Virus record (IMG/VR): IMGVR_UViG_3300048856_000029
Location: 88,846-115,723 of that record
DNA: 26,878 nucleotides
Source of the DNA: a virus
Strand: one strand, 5' to 3'
Shown piece after piece: positions 25,760 to 26,878 of the stretch (the first letter of the stretch is position 1; each line of letters starts with the position of its first letter). A program made the translations under genes and the position numbers. The notes beneath the pieces are model-generated. The model was not told the origin of the DNA. It searched no databases and saw nothing but the letters and a program-made list of their open reading frames with translations.

Positions 25760-26526
25760 TCAGCAATCATCTGACTGTCCGCGCGATGGAAGCCAACCAG
25801 CGCTACCTGGCCTTCACCGACCGGCTGCGCGGCTTCTATCATTCATCGCTGACGGCCCACGACTTCGGCTCACCGGCCTTTCTGAACCGCATCTCCCAGG
25901 AGGCCGAAACGGCCTCTTTGTGGTTTCTGCGCGAAGAGTGGCAGCACATTCAGTCCTTCACGCAGGAAATCGCTGAGATTGCGCGCAGAGCGACGTTGAG
26001 CGAAATCGAGAGTATCGACGCGCGAGAGCTGACGGACGAAGCCCTCGAGCATGTGAGCGCGTCTTGCGACTATCTTTATTCAGAGATTGTCGCTCAGGTC
26101 TCGCGTGACACGACGACGCTCAAAAGAACGCTGCAACGGGTCAATCTGGAAGTGTCGATCGCCTCGCGCTCGCGTGGCTCCTCACGCCGTTCTGCGCTGA
26201 TGGAATACATGATTGGCAACAAGGCCGACATCGACTTCGCCTTCCACGACCGCGCATCCCGCAAATGGAAGTCCTCTGCCTTCGTGCGCTCAGTCTGGCG
26301 CCACACGCTCCTGTCGATCTACAACGAGATCGTCCTCTTCACGCTCGCCGAGCACGGCCTGCGCACAGCCGAGATCCATTCCGACAATGATGACGCCAAT
26401 CACCGCGGGATGATCATCGCGCTGTCCTCGAACGGCGAGCTGCCGACCTATTCCGAGATCCGCGAGCAGATCTTCCATCCCAACGCCAACAGCTACCTCA
26501 AGAAGACGGAGACCGCTGATGTTTAG
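25756..26526 (+). CDS. putative head morphogenesis/minor head protein
   Basis: Coupled ORF; C-terminal FHPN resembles Mu gpF-like HPN motifs. Confidence 0.6.
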   Translation: MISNHLTVRAMEANQRYLAFTDRLRGFYHSSLTAHDFGSPAFLNRISQEAETASLWFLREEWQHIQSFTQEIAEIARRATLSEIESIDARELTDEALEHVSASCDYLYSEIVAQVSRDTTTLKRTLQRVNLEVSIASRSRGSSRRSALMEYMIGNKADIDFAFHDRASRKWKSSAFVRSVWRHTLLSIYNEIVLFTLAEHGLRTAEIHSDNDDANHRGMIIALSSNGELPTYSEIREQIFHPNANSYLKKTETADV

Positions 26527-26860
26527 GCCGAACATGACCGGCACGCTGACACGCTTTACCGGCCGCGACCGGCACGCGCAGGAGATCTTCTCCGAGCCGG
26601 TGTCAGTCGGCTTTGCGCCTGTCCGGCTCCTGTCGCAGACCGAAAAGACCTCGGTTCGATCGGACTCGTCGGCGTCACGCGGCCAGGCAGAGCAACCGGC
26701 CGGCGTGTTCAAGATCCTAGTCGAGAGATCGGCGGAGTTGAAGGCTGACGATCGCATGGAGCTACACGGCGCCGGCTATCGCGTTGTCGGCATTCATCCC
26801 CGCTACCGCGTGTTCGGTGAGCTTGACCACATCGAGGTCGACCTGGAGCCGCTGCCATGA
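26519..26860 (+). CDS. putative head-closure protein
   Basis: 113 aa, beta-rich, DRMELHGAGYRV..H.EV pattern; position. Confidence 0.6.
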   Translation: MFRPNMTGTLTRFTGRDRHAQEIFSEPVSVGFAPVRLLSQTEKTSVRSDSSASRGQAEQPAGVFKILVERSAELKADDRMELHGAGYRVVGIHPRYRVFGELDHIEVDLEPLP

Positions 26861-26878
26861 TCGACCTCGATGTGGTCA

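Overview
This is a 26.9-kb segment of a temperate tailed phage that probably persists as a plasmid prophage. It carries a ParA plus small ribbon-helix-helix partner, and no integrase or rep gene is visible in this window. The host is probably an alphaproteobacterium or rhizobium (inferred from high GC and gene content). Left to right: small accessory genes and a LigD-type ATP-dependent ligase (1-3.5 kb); an unusual early/regulatory region (3.5-8.1 kb); an Acb2-like sponge and an HslV-like peptidase; parA/RHH; a dNMP kinase and an SF2 helicase; a two-ParB-domain/ABC-ATPase/GNAT cluster with an inserted Tad2-like gene; then terS, terL, portal, scaffold, major capsid and head-completion genes. 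The standout signal is a complete leftward operon at about 6.8-7.96 kb (promoter, RBSs, two ORFs, terminator) that is almost free of GG and CC dinucleotides: one CC in about 955 bp by manual reading. Its proteins therefore contain no Gly, Pro or Trp. Its main gene is a divergent paralog of a normally coded gene 1.5 kb away, and it is bracketed by GG/CC-dense blocks. Shorter GG/CC-poor patches recur at about 3.9, 17.0 and 26.05 kb. My inference is that the ParB/ABC-ATPase/GNAT cluster modifies GG/CC in virion DNA and that the phage keeps a modification-free first-expressed module. Also seen: 11 copies of an 18-bp palindromic operator, about 12 dispersed 8-bp-periodic parS-like arrays, and a duplicated ~85-bp palindromic element. 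All family calls come from recalled motifs, not database searches.
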